Below, piece after piece: positions 10,563 through 21,100 of a stretch of 64,000 bases of DNA. The notes below the pieces were generated by a model, which saw only the letters and a program-made list of their open reading frames with translations, did no database searches and was not told where the DNA came from. Position numbers and translations under genes: made by a program. Numbering within the stretch: position 1 is the stretch's first letter; each line of letters opens with the position of its first letter. The DNA comes from Promethearchaeota archaeon (GTDB taxonomy: Archaea > Asgardarchaeota > Lokiarchaeia > Sigyniarchaeales > SOKP01): contig JAEOTR010000053.1 of the NCBI GenBank assembly GCA_016839705.1, positions 1 through 64,000 of the forward strand, given 5' to 3'.

Positions 10563-12014
10563 CTGGTAACAAAATTTAATGAATATTCAAATTGGATAGA
10601 GAGTAATCAACACATTTTCACGGAAATAAGCGATAAGATATGGGAATTTGCTGAATTAGGTTTTTATGAATATAAATCTTCTGAGCTTTTAGCTAAAACT
10701 CTGAAAGAAAATGGGTTTTCTGTTGATATGGGCGTTGCATCAATGCCTACTGCATTTGTTGCGTCTTATGGTAATGGTAAACCAACAATAGCGGTATTAG
10801 GGGAATATGATGCTTTACCAGGATTAAGTCAAGTTGCTGAACCCATAAAAAAGCCATTAAAAGAGGGGGCTCCGGGTCATGGATGTGGTCATAATCTTCT
10901 AGGAACTGCAGGGATAGGTGGTGTCTTAGCGGTTAAACAGGCTATTGACGCAGGAAAAGTTAAAGGGACAATAAAATATTATGGTTGTCCCGCAGAGGAA
11001 ATCTTTAATGCGAAGGGATACATGATAAGTCCTGGTGGTGTATTTGAAGATATTGATATTTCTATAACATGGCATCCAGGCTGGACCAATGAAATCGCAG
11101 TCCAATCAAATAATGCCATGAATTCAGTTTTCTTTAAGTTCTACGGGAAAACCGCTCACGCCGCAGCAGACCCTCATAAAGGTCGTAGTGCACTCGATGC
11201 AGTGGAACTGATGAATGTTGGTGCAAATTTCATGCGAGAACATATGATACCTGATGCCCGACTTCATTATGTAATAACTAAAGGAGGTCTTGCTCCTAAT
11301 ATAGTTCCCGCAGAAGCTGAAGTACATTATTTTGTAAGATCTCCTGAACGACATCAAGTTGATGAACTTTATAATCGCTTAAAGAAAGTAGCTGAGGGGG
11401 CCGTATTAATGACAGAAACACGATTAGAAATTGATTTCATCAGTGGATTGTATAATCCTATCCGAAATAAAGTAATAAACAATGTTATATATGAAAACAT
11501 GAGAAACTTAGGACCTCCAAAGTTTAATAAAGATGAACAAGCATTTGCTCAAGAGCTAAAAAAAACCGTACCACCAATTGATGAAACTGAAATGAAAAAA
11601 ATTGTACCTCCTGATAAGTGGGAGAGAGCAATGAAAAATCTTCAAGAACCGCTATTTCCCGTCATATCTCGACCATTGGGAGAAGGAAAAGTAGAAGCGA
11701 GTTCTACAGATGTAGGAGATGTTTCATGGTATACCCCTTTAGGAGAATTTGGCACCGTTTGCCATGTTGTAGGCTCACCAGGCCATTCTTGGCAAAATGT
11801 GGCGACTTCGGTAATGGGCATTGGACATAAAGGTATGATTAAAGCTGCTCAGATCATCAGTTTAACTGCATTAGAATTTATGAACAATCCAGAGTTAGTA
11901 GTGAAAGCTCGAACGGAATTCGAAAAGACTTTTAAAGAAAAAAAATATAAATCTCCTTTCATTGAAGGTCAAAAACCACCTTTTCACCGGTTCAAAAACA
12001 TAGAATTCGAATAA
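10563..12014 (+). CDS. M20 amidohydrolase, AbgB-like; start extended to CTG 10563
   Basis: EYDALPGLSQ, GHGCGHNLLG, PAEE, STDVGDVSW; the frame stays open 55 codons upstream of ATG 10728 and encodes the family N-terminus IWEFAELGFYEYKSS. Confidence 0.88.
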   Translation: MVTKFNEYSNWIESNQHIFTEISDKIWEFAELGFYEYKSSELLAKTLKENGFSVDMGVASMPTAFVASYGNGKPTIAVLGEYDALPGLSQVAEPIKKPLKEGAPGHGCGHNLLGTAGIGGVLAVKQAIDAGKVKGTIKYYGCPAEEIFNAKGYMISPGGVFEDIDISITWHPGWTNEIAVQSNNAMNSVFFKFYGKTAHAAADPHKGRSALDAVELMNVGANFMREHMIPDARLHYVITKGGLAPNIVPAEAEVHYFVRSPERHQVDELYNRLKKVAEGAVLMTETRLEIDFISGLYNPIRNKVINNVIYENMRNLGPPKFNKDEQAFAQELKKTVPPIDETEMKKIVPPDKWERAMKNLQEPLFPVISRPLGEGKVEASSTDVGDVSWYTPLGEFGTVCHVVGSPGHSWQNVATSVMGIGHKGMIKAAQIISLTALEFMNNPELVVKARTEFEKTFKEKKYKSPFIEGQKPPFHRFKNIEFE

Positions 12015-12040
12015 GGTTTTTAAGTTCAAGAAATATAGAA

Positions 12041-13540
12041 TTATTCTCTATTTATTATTTTATTTTTAAAAGCGACATATTCACATACTTTTGCGAGGGC
12101 ATTTATAGGTCTATCCCATAATTGAAAAAGAATTGCTCCATTTTTTCTTAAACGAATGGACCATGGGCTTGTGAAGCTCATTGGGTTAACATATAGTATA
12201 GGTATGGAATATTTTTTTGAATTTTCAAGAGTAGGTAGAATCAATTTTTGAGTAAGAATGTCTATTACCTCTGCAGATTGATTTTGGAATTCTGCGTAGG
12301 GTGCAATTCTATCATTTTTAAGATAATCATCTAACACATCTTGGAACCCTACAACTCCATATTGAACTATTGCATCAATTTCACCAGACTTCATTAGTAT
12401 GTCTGGTAATTCAACATAGAAATAAGGTAAATTCATATCAAATGCACAATCTACCGGATTTCTAGAGCTACCATTTGAGGGTAATACCTCTTTTAGTTTT
12501 TCTTGAAGTGATTCTGATAATTCTGGTACAAATAAACCTTTTTTCTCTGCATTATTTGCAGCCATTGCTCCAGGTCCTCCTGAATTCGTAATAATCCCTA
12601 TACGATTACTTTTAGGTAAAATTCCCCGAGATAAAATCATTGCAACATCTAAAAATTCTTGAATAAAGTCCGTTTTGATAATCCCTGTTTCTTTAAAGAC
12701 GCCATCAAAGATTCGGATATCACCTGCCAATGAACCTGTATGACTTTGAAGGGCACGATTTCCTGCCTTAGAACCTCCTACGTATATAGCAAGAATTGGC
12801 TTTTGAGTAGTAATTTCTCTAACTAACTCTATAAATCTTTTTCCACGCTTTAGCTCCTCAATGTATAGTCCAATTACTTTAGTATGATCATCATTTTTGT
12901 AATATTCCAAACAATCAACAATATCAATATTTGCTTCATTTCCTACTGAAATTGACTTGCTTAAGCCTAAATCCAATGAATCGGGATCAAACCAGATATG
13001 TGATGAAAGCGTCCCACTCTGGGAGGCTATCGAAAAATTTCCCTTTGTGATATTCTCCCAAATTGCAGTATTAAATGCATTATTTTCCCCAAACCAATTA
13101 TTAAAGACACCCAAACAATTAGGTCCGATAAATCTCATATCATATTGATTAGCAATATCCTTAATTTCATCAGTAAGGGAATTTTCATAATCCCCTGTTA
13201 ATTCTCTGAATCCTCCTGATATTAAAATTATCCTTTTAACTCCTTTTTCCCCACACTCTTTGAATATTTGGGGCACGATTTTAGCTGCTAAAACAATAAC
13301 AACAAGATCTGGAACTTGGGGTAAATCTAATATTGATTTATAAGCTTTAAACCCCATAACCGAATCTAATTTTAAATGGATAGGATAAATAATTCCATCA
13401 TATCCGGATTTGATTAAATTCATAATTTGAATTGCTGCTAAGGAATTCCCTTTGTTATTAGCACCATAAAAGGCAACGCTCTTTGGGTTCAGAAAGCCAT
13501 GTAGAAAGTGAGTTTTATTCATATTTCTTCTCCTATCCAA
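12041..13540 (-). CDS. ADP-forming acyl-CoA synthetase, alpha-subunit type
   Basis: CoA-binding N-terminus, GPNCLG, SQSG, SHTGSLAG (phospho-His), NSGGPG, NPVD. Confidence 0.88.
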   Translation of the reverse strand: MDRRRNMNKTHFLHGFLNPKSVAFYGANNKGNSLAAIQIMNLIKSGYDGIIYPIHLKLDSVMGFKAYKSILDLPQVPDLVVIVLAAKIVPQIFKECGEKGVKRIILISGGFRELTGDYENSLTDEIKDIANQYDMRFIGPNCLGVFNNWFGENNAFNTAIWENITKGNFSIASQSGTLSSHIWFDPDSLDLGLSKSISVGNEANIDIVDCLEYYKNDDHTKVIGLYIEELKRGKRFIELVREITTQKPILAIYVGGSKAGNRALQSHTGSLAGDIRIFDGVFKETGIIKTDFIQEFLDVAMILSRGILPKSNRIGIITNSGGPGAMAANNAEKKGLFVPELSESLQEKLKEVLPSNGSSRNPVDCAFDMNLPYFYVELPDILMKSGEIDAIVQYGVVGFQDVLDDYLKNDRIAPYAEFQNQSAEVIDILTQKLILPTLENSKKYSIPILYVNPMSFTSPWSIRLRKNGAILFQLWDRPINALAKVCEYVAFKNKIINRE

Positions 13541-13664
13541 AAAAATATTCCATGATTTTAAAACCTAAATCTTTATCCTTAATAATTTTATAATCATAAG
13601 CACATGAATTTTAATATTTAAAAAAATTATACACATTAATTAACTAAAACTGAGGTAAATAAAC

Positions 13665-13961
13665 ATGAGTGATGAAAGAGAAGATAAAGAAAATTTCATC
13701 GATAAAATAAATAATGCTCTCACAGATTTTGCTGGAAGCGTTTTTGGAGAATCTGGTAGAGACCTTATTGAGGAAACTTCTGAGAAAGTAAAAGAATTTT
13801 CAACTGAGGCTATAAGTAAACTTCTGGAATTTTCTGATTCTATAATTGATCAACTTAAGCTTAATGAAAATGACCAGGTAATGAAAGCTCGAGATAGTGT
13901 AGAAGATTTATTAAAACAAGCGGGTTTACTTAAAGAAAGTGACGAAGAAGAAGAGTTTTAA
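13665..13961 (+). CDS. Hypothetical acidic helical protein
   Basis: 98-aa ORF preceded by SD-like GAGGT. Confidence 0.7.
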   Translation: MSDEREDKENFIDKINNALTDFAGSVFGESGRDLIEETSEKVKEFSTEAISKLLEFSDSIIDQLKLNENDQVMKARDSVEDLLKQAGLLKESDEEEEF

Positions 13962-14043
13962 CATAAAAAGAAGATTAATTTTTACTTATTTTACAAACTA
14001 ATTTTATTCTTAACAATTTATTATTTCAAAATCTAATTATATT

Positions 14044-14295
14044 TTAATATACTTTAGCGTTTTCTAAGAAAGATTTTACTTCTTCTTGAGTAGCATTAAA
14101 GAGTTCTGCTATAACCATTAAAGAAGTCTGTTCATCCATCCCAAGTCCTCGGTAATCCTGCCATAATTTAATCCATGTTTCTTTCTGTGTATATTTATCT
14201 GGATGAGTATCCTGAATATGAGCCCAATATGGGTGCTCTAATTCTATACCACAATAGGGGCAGAAACGAGATTCTCCTTCATCGCTCACGGCCAT
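14044..14295 (-). CDS. Small C2H2-type zinc-finger protein
   Basis: CPYC-x10-H-x4-H followed by a helical domain; GGAG SD upstream. Confidence 0.7.
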   Translation of the reverse strand: MAVSDEGESRFCPYCGIELEHPYWAHIQDTHPDKYTQKETWIKLWQDYRGLGMDEQTSLMVIAELFNATQEEVKSFLENAKVY

Positions 14296-14413
14296 TACTC
14301 CTTTATTATATAAAATTAAAATTTTAGTTTTGAATAATTGTAATATACAATTATTAGTTTAAAAAATTTTTAATTTCAAAAAGAAAATCACATTGAAAAA
14401 AGTGATTATTAAT

Positions 14414-14932
14414 TCATTCCCATTTTTCTTCTAAGTCTTCTTGAGTTAATTTTCGTATCTGATCTACAGCCCACACAACAAATTTATAACAAGTTTTTTC
14501 CCAAATACCATTATCTCTATATTTTAAATACTCTGATGGATTACTAAAATCATAACCGCATAATCCTGAACATACCACAGTCCCAAATTGGTTCTCAAAT
14601 TCAGTACAATATTTAGCAGCTTTAAAATAAGCCAAACCCATAGTTTCTTCGTCCATTATCTTTTTCCCGCCAATTATAGCTCCAATAGCGGCACATGCAC
14701 CTATTACAGCACCACAAGCTCCCATCCATCCACTTTTTGACTTATATCCTCCAAATCCTCCCGCTAAGGGTTTAGCAATATTATGAAACATATAATCATC
14801 GATACCAAGTACCTCTAAAACGCTTGTTAAAGTTAATTCAGCACAATTTACATTTGTTTTTCTACTAGGTAACCTTACTTCTAATTCCTTAACTTTTTCA
14901 TCAAATTTAGTTTGCAAATTCTTTTTTACCAT
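14414..14932 (-). CDS. C_GCAxxG_C_C family putative redox protein
   Basis: NCAE, GGFGG, ACGAVIG, GTVVC, terminal C. Confidence 0.85.
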   Translation of the reverse strand: MVKKNLQTKFDEKVKELEVRLPSRKTNVNCAELTLTSVLEVLGIDDYMFHNIAKPLAGGFGGYKSKSGWMGACGAVIGACAAIGAIIGGKKIMDEETMGLAYFKAAKYCTEFENQFGTVVCSGLCGYDFSNPSEYLKYRDNGIWEKTCYKFVVWAVDQIRKLTQEDLEEKWE

Positions 14933-14968
14933 TTATAAACCCCAAATTATATTTTTATATTTACGATA

Positions 14969-15481
14969 TTATTCCGGGGTGAACCCGGCATCTAAAATTA
15001 TTTCAGTTGCATATTTAGCAATGGTTCCTACAAGTTTTGAACAATTTTCCATCATTCCAGATTGAAACGCTTCTTCCAAATCGTTAGGATCCCATAAATT
15101 ATAAGTTCTGCCCATTAACGATTCTTGAACATCATAACATCTACAAGACCCATATGTTTCAACATATTTGTCATGTAAATCCTTTACAAGCTTGTAAGAT
15201 TTCATAGGTTTATACATATCTCCAAAATCTTTGTATTCTCTTCCAAATAGGTAACTAATTACCATAGAAGCCCCAGTAAGCGCTCCACAAGATCCATCTC
15301 CCGTGAGACCCAGACCATCAGCAAGTCCACTTCCAGCTTTAAATACATCGTCATTCCAAATTCCTAATGCTTGAAATATAGCAGCTATTGATGTCTGAGC
15401 ACAGCCAGTATATTTTTTTTCAAATTTCTGGCCTAATTCAAATGCCTTTTCTAAAATTTTTTCCCTTGATTGTTTTACCAT
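14969..15481 (-). CDS. C_GCAxxG_C_C family putative redox protein
   Basis: GCAQ, GSCGALTG, GSCRC, terminal C. Confidence 0.88.
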   Translation of the reverse strand: MVKQSREKILEKAFELGQKFEKKYTGCAQTSIAAIFQALGIWNDDVFKAGSGLADGLGLTGDGSCGALTGASMVISYLFGREYKDFGDMYKPMKSYKLVKDLHDKYVETYGSCRCYDVQESLMGRTYNLWDPNDLEEAFQSGMMENCSKLVGTIAKYATEIILDAGFTPE

Positions 15482-15555
15482 TATAATTTCCTATTCGTTA
15501 ATTAATATTTTATAGCTTTTGAAAGAAAACAAAAATAAAAAAAGTTATGAAAATC

Positions 15556-16782
15556 TTAAAGATCAACTTCCTCTATAAGTAAAGTATCCTTACCATTCAG
15601 ATTATTCCCACAAAATTTGGCATATCGATCGAAAAAGTTCATGGGATTAGATATCGCTTCTTCTGGTGTAAGAACCCCTTTTTCCTTTATTTCGCCATTT
15701 AAAATCATTTCTGCTGCTAATGCGAGGGGAACAGATGTTACACCAGCCATACCTCCAAATGGGACACGGTTATTGGCAATAGCAATTTTTTTTCGAATTC
15801 CGTCATTTATGCCCGCTGCTATAACACTTAAACCTGGGGGCATTCCAATAAACTCTTTGATGATATCTTCATTTCTGTTCATTATTCTAACCTCCTCTCC
15901 AAATTTAATTGAAGCCTCACTAACTGAAAGTTCTTTATTCGATATCTGTTGTGTGTATTTACGCACAATATTAGTTATGGTCTTACCCATGTACATCAAG
16001 TTCGAGACAGAATTTACGTTTAAAACTCTTGGTAATGTTATAGGTTCCGGATGACCTATATGACAAACATAAGTATCTTTATAACCTGGAAATTGTAGCG
16101 GTTCCGCATCTGTAAGAGGTTTAATATCAATTATCTTACCATCTCTAAAGGTTGGGATACTTTCAACTGTTTCATAAAATAAGTGCATAGTAGCCGCATT
16201 AGCAATTTGGGGCATATCTTTAAATTTTTTGTAGAACTTCCTTGGTTCAACGAAATATTTGGGTTTACTTCCCACTCTCTCTCCAACACCATAACCCCAC
16301 GCAGTAATAAGGTCATCAACTTTATCAAGTCTAGAACAGGCTATGACGGCCATTAGATTTGTAATTCCAGGACTTGCACCAATCCCTATTAATGCAGTGA
16401 TTCCTGCTTCCTTTGCTCTGTTATTCATTTCGAGTAATTCTAACGTTGGCTTCCAATCATCACAGATATCAACATAGGGTATCTTAGCTCTAATAGCCGC
16501 ATCAAGTATCATTGTACCATATTTATAAAACGGCCCCACTGTATTCATAATTAAATCATAAGAAGAAATTAGAGAAGTAAGTTTATTCTGTTTTGTAATA
16601 TCCAATCCCACAGCTTCTAATTTATCAGAGTCGACTAAATCAATAAAGTGTTTTGCCCTTTTGTAATTTTTATCTGCAACTGTAATTGAAGTTGTTTTTG
16701 GAGATTCAAGAAGCACAGCTACAGCCATTCTTCCCATATCCCCAGATCCTCCTAATGCTAATATTTTCATTATGGCTCCCAT
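15556..16782 (-). CDS. Saccharopine dehydrogenase-like oxidoreductase
   Basis: LGGSGDMG, NTVGPFY, YVDICDD, GASPGITN, GHPEP, GVLTPE. Confidence 0.88.
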   Translation of the reverse strand: MGAIMKILALGGSGDMGRMAVAVLLESPKTTSITVADKNYKRAKHFIDLVDSDKLEAVGLDITKQNKLTSLISSYDLIMNTVGPFYKYGTMILDAAIRAKIPYVDICDDWKPTLELLEMNNRAKEAGITALIGIGASPGITNLMAVIACSRLDKVDDLITAWGYGVGERVGSKPKYFVEPRKFYKKFKDMPQIANAATMHLFYETVESIPTFRDGKIIDIKPLTDAEPLQFPGYKDTYVCHIGHPEPITLPRVLNVNSVSNLMYMGKTITNIVRKYTQQISNKELSVSEASIKFGEEVRIMNRNEDIIKEFIGMPPGLSVIAAGINDGIRKKIAIANNRVPFGGMAGVTSVPLALAAEMILNGEIKEKGVLTPEEAISNPMNFFDRYAKFCGNNLNGKDTLLIEEVDL

Positions 16783-16870
16783 CTATAATTACGTACTTAC
16801 TATTGTAATTATAGCTTTATTAATAAGTAAATCTAAATATGCATTGTTAATTTAGAAGGATGTTTTACAA

Positions 16871-17053
16871 ATGAAAAATAAATTTGCGATTACCTATATC
16901 TCGTGGGTTATAAGCCTTTCACTATATATATGGTTCTGCTCTTTAGCTTCAAATACAGAAGAGCAATTTTTGTTTTTATTGAGTTTTGGAACGATGGTTA
17001 GTATGCTTGTTTTTTGTACAATCCTCATGTTTTTATCTGAAAAACTTGACTAA
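16871..17053 (+). CDS. Small hydrophobic protein (2 TM)
   Basis: 60-aa ORF with AGGA upstream. Confidence 0.45.
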   Translation: MKNKFAITYISWVISLSLYIWFCSLASNTEEQFLFLLSFGTMVSMLVFCTILMFLSEKLD

Positions 17054-17459
17054 ATGATATTATAAATGTATTTAAAGATAAATTCAAATATTACTAATTA
17101 ATCTTCTCTTCCTTCTTGTAGCAAAACCTCCTGCCCAAACTTTATATTCCCTCATCCACTGGTCATATTTTTGCTTAAAAGGTGTTACTACTATTTTTCC
17201 TTCTTCTCGTGTTGTGTCGTTAACGAGAGTTCCCACATATATAAGCAATAGTAATGGTGACTCCGTTATCGAACCAGACTATACGAAACCATTAGAGATA
17301 TTCTCTTACAACAATAAATTCAAGGGATTTAGTGTCACTCGCTCCTTCAACATCTCAACGGACTATTTATAACGTTTTATTCTGAACGAGACATCAAAAT
17401 ATCCTGATGGGTATTTATCAGGCAATAATAATTTTCAGGTATTTTTTGTAAGTAATTCT

Positions 17460-17657
17460 ATGCTTCCCTTTGGGAATCCTGGGGTTTATGCATTCTATAG
17501 CTTCAGTACCGGTGGATTTTTAAATGAATGGCTCGATATTCCTTATAGTGATACGTGGCATGTTATCTATTTCTTGGAGGAGGATAACAGATCCAATGGA
17601 GAAACTACCCCTGAACATACCAATATGACAATCATGGACGAGATTCTTAAAATCTAA
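17460..17657 (+). pseudogene. Probable gene remnant
   Basis: Short protein-like ORF whose upstream continuation is broken by stops. Confidence 0.3.
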
Positions 17658-17699
17658 TTTCTTTTTCTTCTTTTTTGATTTCAATAATTTAATTAAGAG

Positions 17700-17954
17700 T
17701 TTAGAGCTGCTGAATTGGGTCCTTTTGCTTTCGAATGGGATAAAAAAACCGCGGAACAGAAGAAGGGAGTTCTTAATTTAGTGAGATTCGCGATACCTAG
17801 AAACGTCTATGGATCTGCTCATTTCGATTATGCTGTTGCAGCAATAACTGAGTTATATAAAAATAGAGATAAGATCCCAAAAGTAAAAATATCGCGTGGA
17901 GCTACATTGCGATTACGACATTTTCAAACAGGATTGCAGCCTATTTATGGATAA
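17700..17954 (+). pseudogene. C-terminal fragment of tryptophanase / tyrosine phenol-lyase
   Basis: RAAELG...LNLVRFAIPRNVY...LRHFQTGLQPI matches the C-terminal motifs of these beta-eliminating lyases; the preceding several hundred residues are absent. Confidence 0.8.
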
Positions 17955-18085
17955 TAATCTATAGAAATTTAATCCGATTTAATAAACCAATACAATATTA
18001 ATTTTAATCTATAAAAGTTAATAAATAACATTAATTTTATAAAATCTATAAATTAATGTACAATATTTAAAGGGGAATAATAAGA

Positions 18086-19423
18086 ATGCCTGGGATTTTA
18101 GATGGAATTGTAGTATTAGATCTTTCAGAATACATCGCCGGTCCATATTGCGGGTTTCTACTTGCAGATCTAGGTGCAGAAGTTATAAAAATCGAACCTC
18201 CTGACGGATCTGAAGAAAGACGATGGGGTAGATGGCATCGATATAAAGGTAATACAAGAATGGCTCTGACAGTAAACAGAGGCAAAAAAAGTCTTTGTCT
18301 CGACGTTAGAAAGGAAGAAGCAAAGAAGATCATCTACCGTATGGTTGAAAAGACCGATATAGTAATTCAAAATTACACGCCAGGTGTCGCTAAAAGGCTC
18401 GGGATCGATTATGACACCCTATCAGCAATCAATAAAGGAATAATTTTCATCTCAAGCACCGCATTTGGTGAAGTCGGACCCTACAAGACGCGTAAAGGTT
18501 TTGATATTATCGCACATGCCGCTTCTGGCATGATGGCCGCCTATTCTGATGAAGACGGTAAACCACGTGGACCTGGAGGAAGTCCATTTATAGATATTGG
18601 TACAGGTATGCTTAATGCCTTCAGTGCTGTATCGGCTCTATTTAACAGAACAAGGACTGGAGAAGGTCAAAAAATAGAAACATCACTCTTTTGTACTGGT
18701 ATGGCTTTGAAAGCTGCAGGTTTCGCAAAGATCGAAAGCCTGGATAAAGAAAAACATCAAGAAGAATTGGAACTTTTAAGCAATGCTTTTCTTCATGGAA
18801 AGACTCATACTGAGATTATTGATGAATTGGCCTATTTAAATCTTCGGTATGAAATGCCTAAATCAACCCGGATACTCGAAGTTCCTGATTGTAATCACAG
18901 ACCCGCAGATAGATATTCACTTCCGTATTATCGGATTTATGAAACCGCAAACGGATTTATGAGTATAGCCGCACTCACAACTCGGCAGAGAGAGGATATG
19001 TGTGGAATTATAGGCATATACGAAAAGGGAGCTGGGGTTCCATTCAGCCAGATTAACGATGATGTTATATATAATAATCAATTGGCAATGAAAGAAACGT
19101 TTGAAAAACGTTTTCGAGAAAAAACAAATGAGGAATGGATCGAAGCTCTGGAAAAAGTGGGAGTACCTTGTGGACCAGTAAATTATAGCGCGAATCTTTT
19201 CTATGATCCCCAAGTCAAGGCATTAAACATGATCTGGGATCTTGAAAACAGCGAACTAGGTCCCTATCAAATGATAGGTAATCCAATCAAGTTCATGAAA
19301 AACCCGGTAAAGCCAGGAAAAGGTGCTCCAACTTTAGGGGAAGATTCGGTTTCTATCTTGGAACAATTTGGGTACAGTAATGATGAGATTGAGGAATTTA
19401 AAAAACAGGCTGTTATAAAATAG
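18086..19423 (+). CDS. Family III CoA transferase (CaiB/BaiF)
   Basis: LDLSEYIAGPYCG..LADLGAEVIKIEPP, NRGKKS, GFD, APTLGE. Confidence 0.93.
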   Translation: MPGILDGIVVLDLSEYIAGPYCGFLLADLGAEVIKIEPPDGSEERRWGRWHRYKGNTRMALTVNRGKKSLCLDVRKEEAKKIIYRMVEKTDIVIQNYTPGVAKRLGIDYDTLSAINKGIIFISSTAFGEVGPYKTRKGFDIIAHAASGMMAAYSDEDGKPRGPGGSPFIDIGTGMLNAFSAVSALFNRTRTGEGQKIETSLFCTGMALKAAGFAKIESLDKEKHQEELELLSNAFLHGKTHTEIIDELAYLNLRYEMPKSTRILEVPDCNHRPADRYSLPYYRIYETANGFMSIAALTTRQREDMCGIIGIYEKGAGVPFSQINDDVIYNNQLAMKETFEKRFREKTNEEWIEALEKVGVPCGPVNYSANLFYDPQVKALNMIWDLENSELGPYQMIGNPIKFMKNPVKPGKGAPTLGEDSVSILEQFGYSNDEIEEFKKQAVIK

Positions 19424-19937
19424 GCAGACAGAATTTTCAACCTATGTCTAAATATATTTTTCTATAAATTACTTCTAACTTAAAGGAAAAATAAGATTAA
19501 AAAATCTTTATATTTCCAACATTCATAATTTCTGGGATATATTTTTTCTTCTTTGTATCTTCATAAAATCGTCTATCAACAATTTCAGTATTTAATTCAG
19601 CAATATCTTTAATGTACTTTTCTTCATAGTAAGGATTTACATCAGGAATTCTAAAGAATTCTTTTTTCAAAGGAATTTCCATTGAAATGAGACTCTGAAT
19701 TTACCTTCCCAACCCAAAATGCTGAAAATATAGTTTTGATGGGAAATGTATCTTAGAATCTCCCGAACAAGAAAAAATACGACATCTTCTGCAAAACTCT
19801 CGCGCTAACCTGAAACATGCTCTAAACAAGTTTTTACTTAAAGAGTGCTACCTTTATGCTGAAAAATTAGCACATTCAGAGAATTTCTATTTCCTTCCTA
19901 TCCAGAAAATTTTAAATTCTTATGGGATAAAATAAAG

Positions 19938-19971
19938 TCTGGTGAAAATTTAGAAAAAATCAGAATCGAAA
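19938..19971 (+). repeat. Imperfect direct repeat, copy 1
   Basis: TCTGGTGAA-AATTTAGAAAAAATCAGAATCGAAA; partner at 20836-20878. Confidence 0.7.
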
Positions 19972-20102
19972 TGCTTTTCGATTCTCATATCAGTTCTGTG
20001 GAACTATCGTATATAGCAAAATAATGAAAAGTTTATAATCCCATTCTGTCCACATTAATTGTAAGAAAAAAAGTTGATAAGTAAAATAGAAGATGAGTAT
20101 AA

Positions 20103-20834
20103 TTGAGAAAAAAAAGTTATGACTACTTATCCTTATTAATAATAATATGGCTTTACTCATTTATCATACCTGTAATAGCCTTAAACGAAAATAAATCCCT
20201 AACGCCAATTGCGGACTCTTTCATCGATTTCTATGAACCTACTTTAAATTTTGGTGACGATCATTATCTTAGATTAGGATATTATAGTGATTTTTTTAGA
20301 GGGTATCTAGAAAATAGCAGTCCCGCACAGTTTGAGACATTTATCAAATTCGATCTATCCCAAGCCCCATCAATTTTTTATAAAATAGAATTACGCTTAG
20401 AATTAACTTATATTAAAGCACCTACGCAAGTAGAATTCTATGAAACATTTTCATATTGGAATGAGGATACAATTACATGGAACAATGCACCCTCATACAG
20501 GATTTTACTCACATCTATTTTAATATCTCAAGCTGGTTTCTTAACGGTTGATCTAACAGATTTTCTTGAAGATGAGACAGGAGATTGGTCTATATGCCTT
20601 GCTACAAACGATTTAAATCCGGTAGCAATTGCTTCCAGACAGTGCTATACTCATGAGGAGTCAGGGCTAAATTTTGATCCTCCTAAATTAATCTATCACT
20701 ATAAAGTGAGTGATTTACCGATAATTATTGGGGTAACTGTGGCAATAGGAGCAGTCTCAATTATAGGAGGACTAATTTATGCTAAATATAGGAGAAACCG
20801 AAAGGTAATTCTTGAGGAACCTTATAATAACTAA
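20103..20834 (+). CDS. Secreted, membrane-anchored DNRLRE/CBM96-like domain protein
   Basis: Signal-like N-terminus, ADSFI...P..NFG, FIKFDLS, WNEDTITWNNAP, PKLIY, then a C-terminal TM and basic tail. Confidence 0.75.
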   Translation: MRKKSYDYLSLLIIIWLYSFIIPVIALNENKSLTPIADSFIDFYEPTLNFGDDHYLRLGYYSDFFRGYLENSSPAQFETFIKFDLSQAPSIFYKIELRLELTYIKAPTQVEFYETFSYWNEDTITWNNAPSYRILLTSILISQAGFLTVDLTDFLEDETGDWSICLATNDLNPVAIASRQCYTHEESGLNFDPPKLIYHYKVSDLPIIIGVTVAIGAVSIIGGLIYAKYRRNRKVILEEPYNN

Positions 20835-20835
20835 A

Positions 20836-20878
20836 TCTGGTGAAACCTACATGAATTTAGAAGAAATCAGAATCGAAA
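20836..20878 (+). repeat. Imperfect direct repeat, copy 2
   Basis: TCTGGTGAA-acctacatg-AATTTAGAAGAAATCAGAATCGAAA. Confidence 0.7.
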
Positions 20879-21056
20879 AACTGAAACAAAAGAAACTACG
20901 GTTTAATGGATTAATGAAAGAAATCTCTCAGGAGTTTACCACTATTTTGAACGCAAGTTCCACGATGTTGTTCTGGAAATGATAAAATCGTTAGAAAAGG
21001 CTCAAAGCACCGTTAAACAAGCATATAATTTAGTCTCAGGTAAGGGTGAGGATTAA
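20851..21056 (+). pseudogene. Small helical protein gene, apparently frameshifted
   Basis: GGTGA SD and ATG give MNLEEIRIEKLKQKKLRFNGLMKEISQE; protein-like sequence continues in another frame as HYFERKFHDVVLEMIKSLEKAQSTVKQAYNLVSGKGED*. Confidence 0.45.
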
Positions 21057-21100
21057 AATTAATTAAATATATCATCTTAGAGATTTAATAAAATCATCGC

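Noticed and set aside
14414-15481. Selenocysteine in the C_GCAxxG_C_C proteins
   Set aside because: All motif positions are Cys codons and the ORFs are full length.
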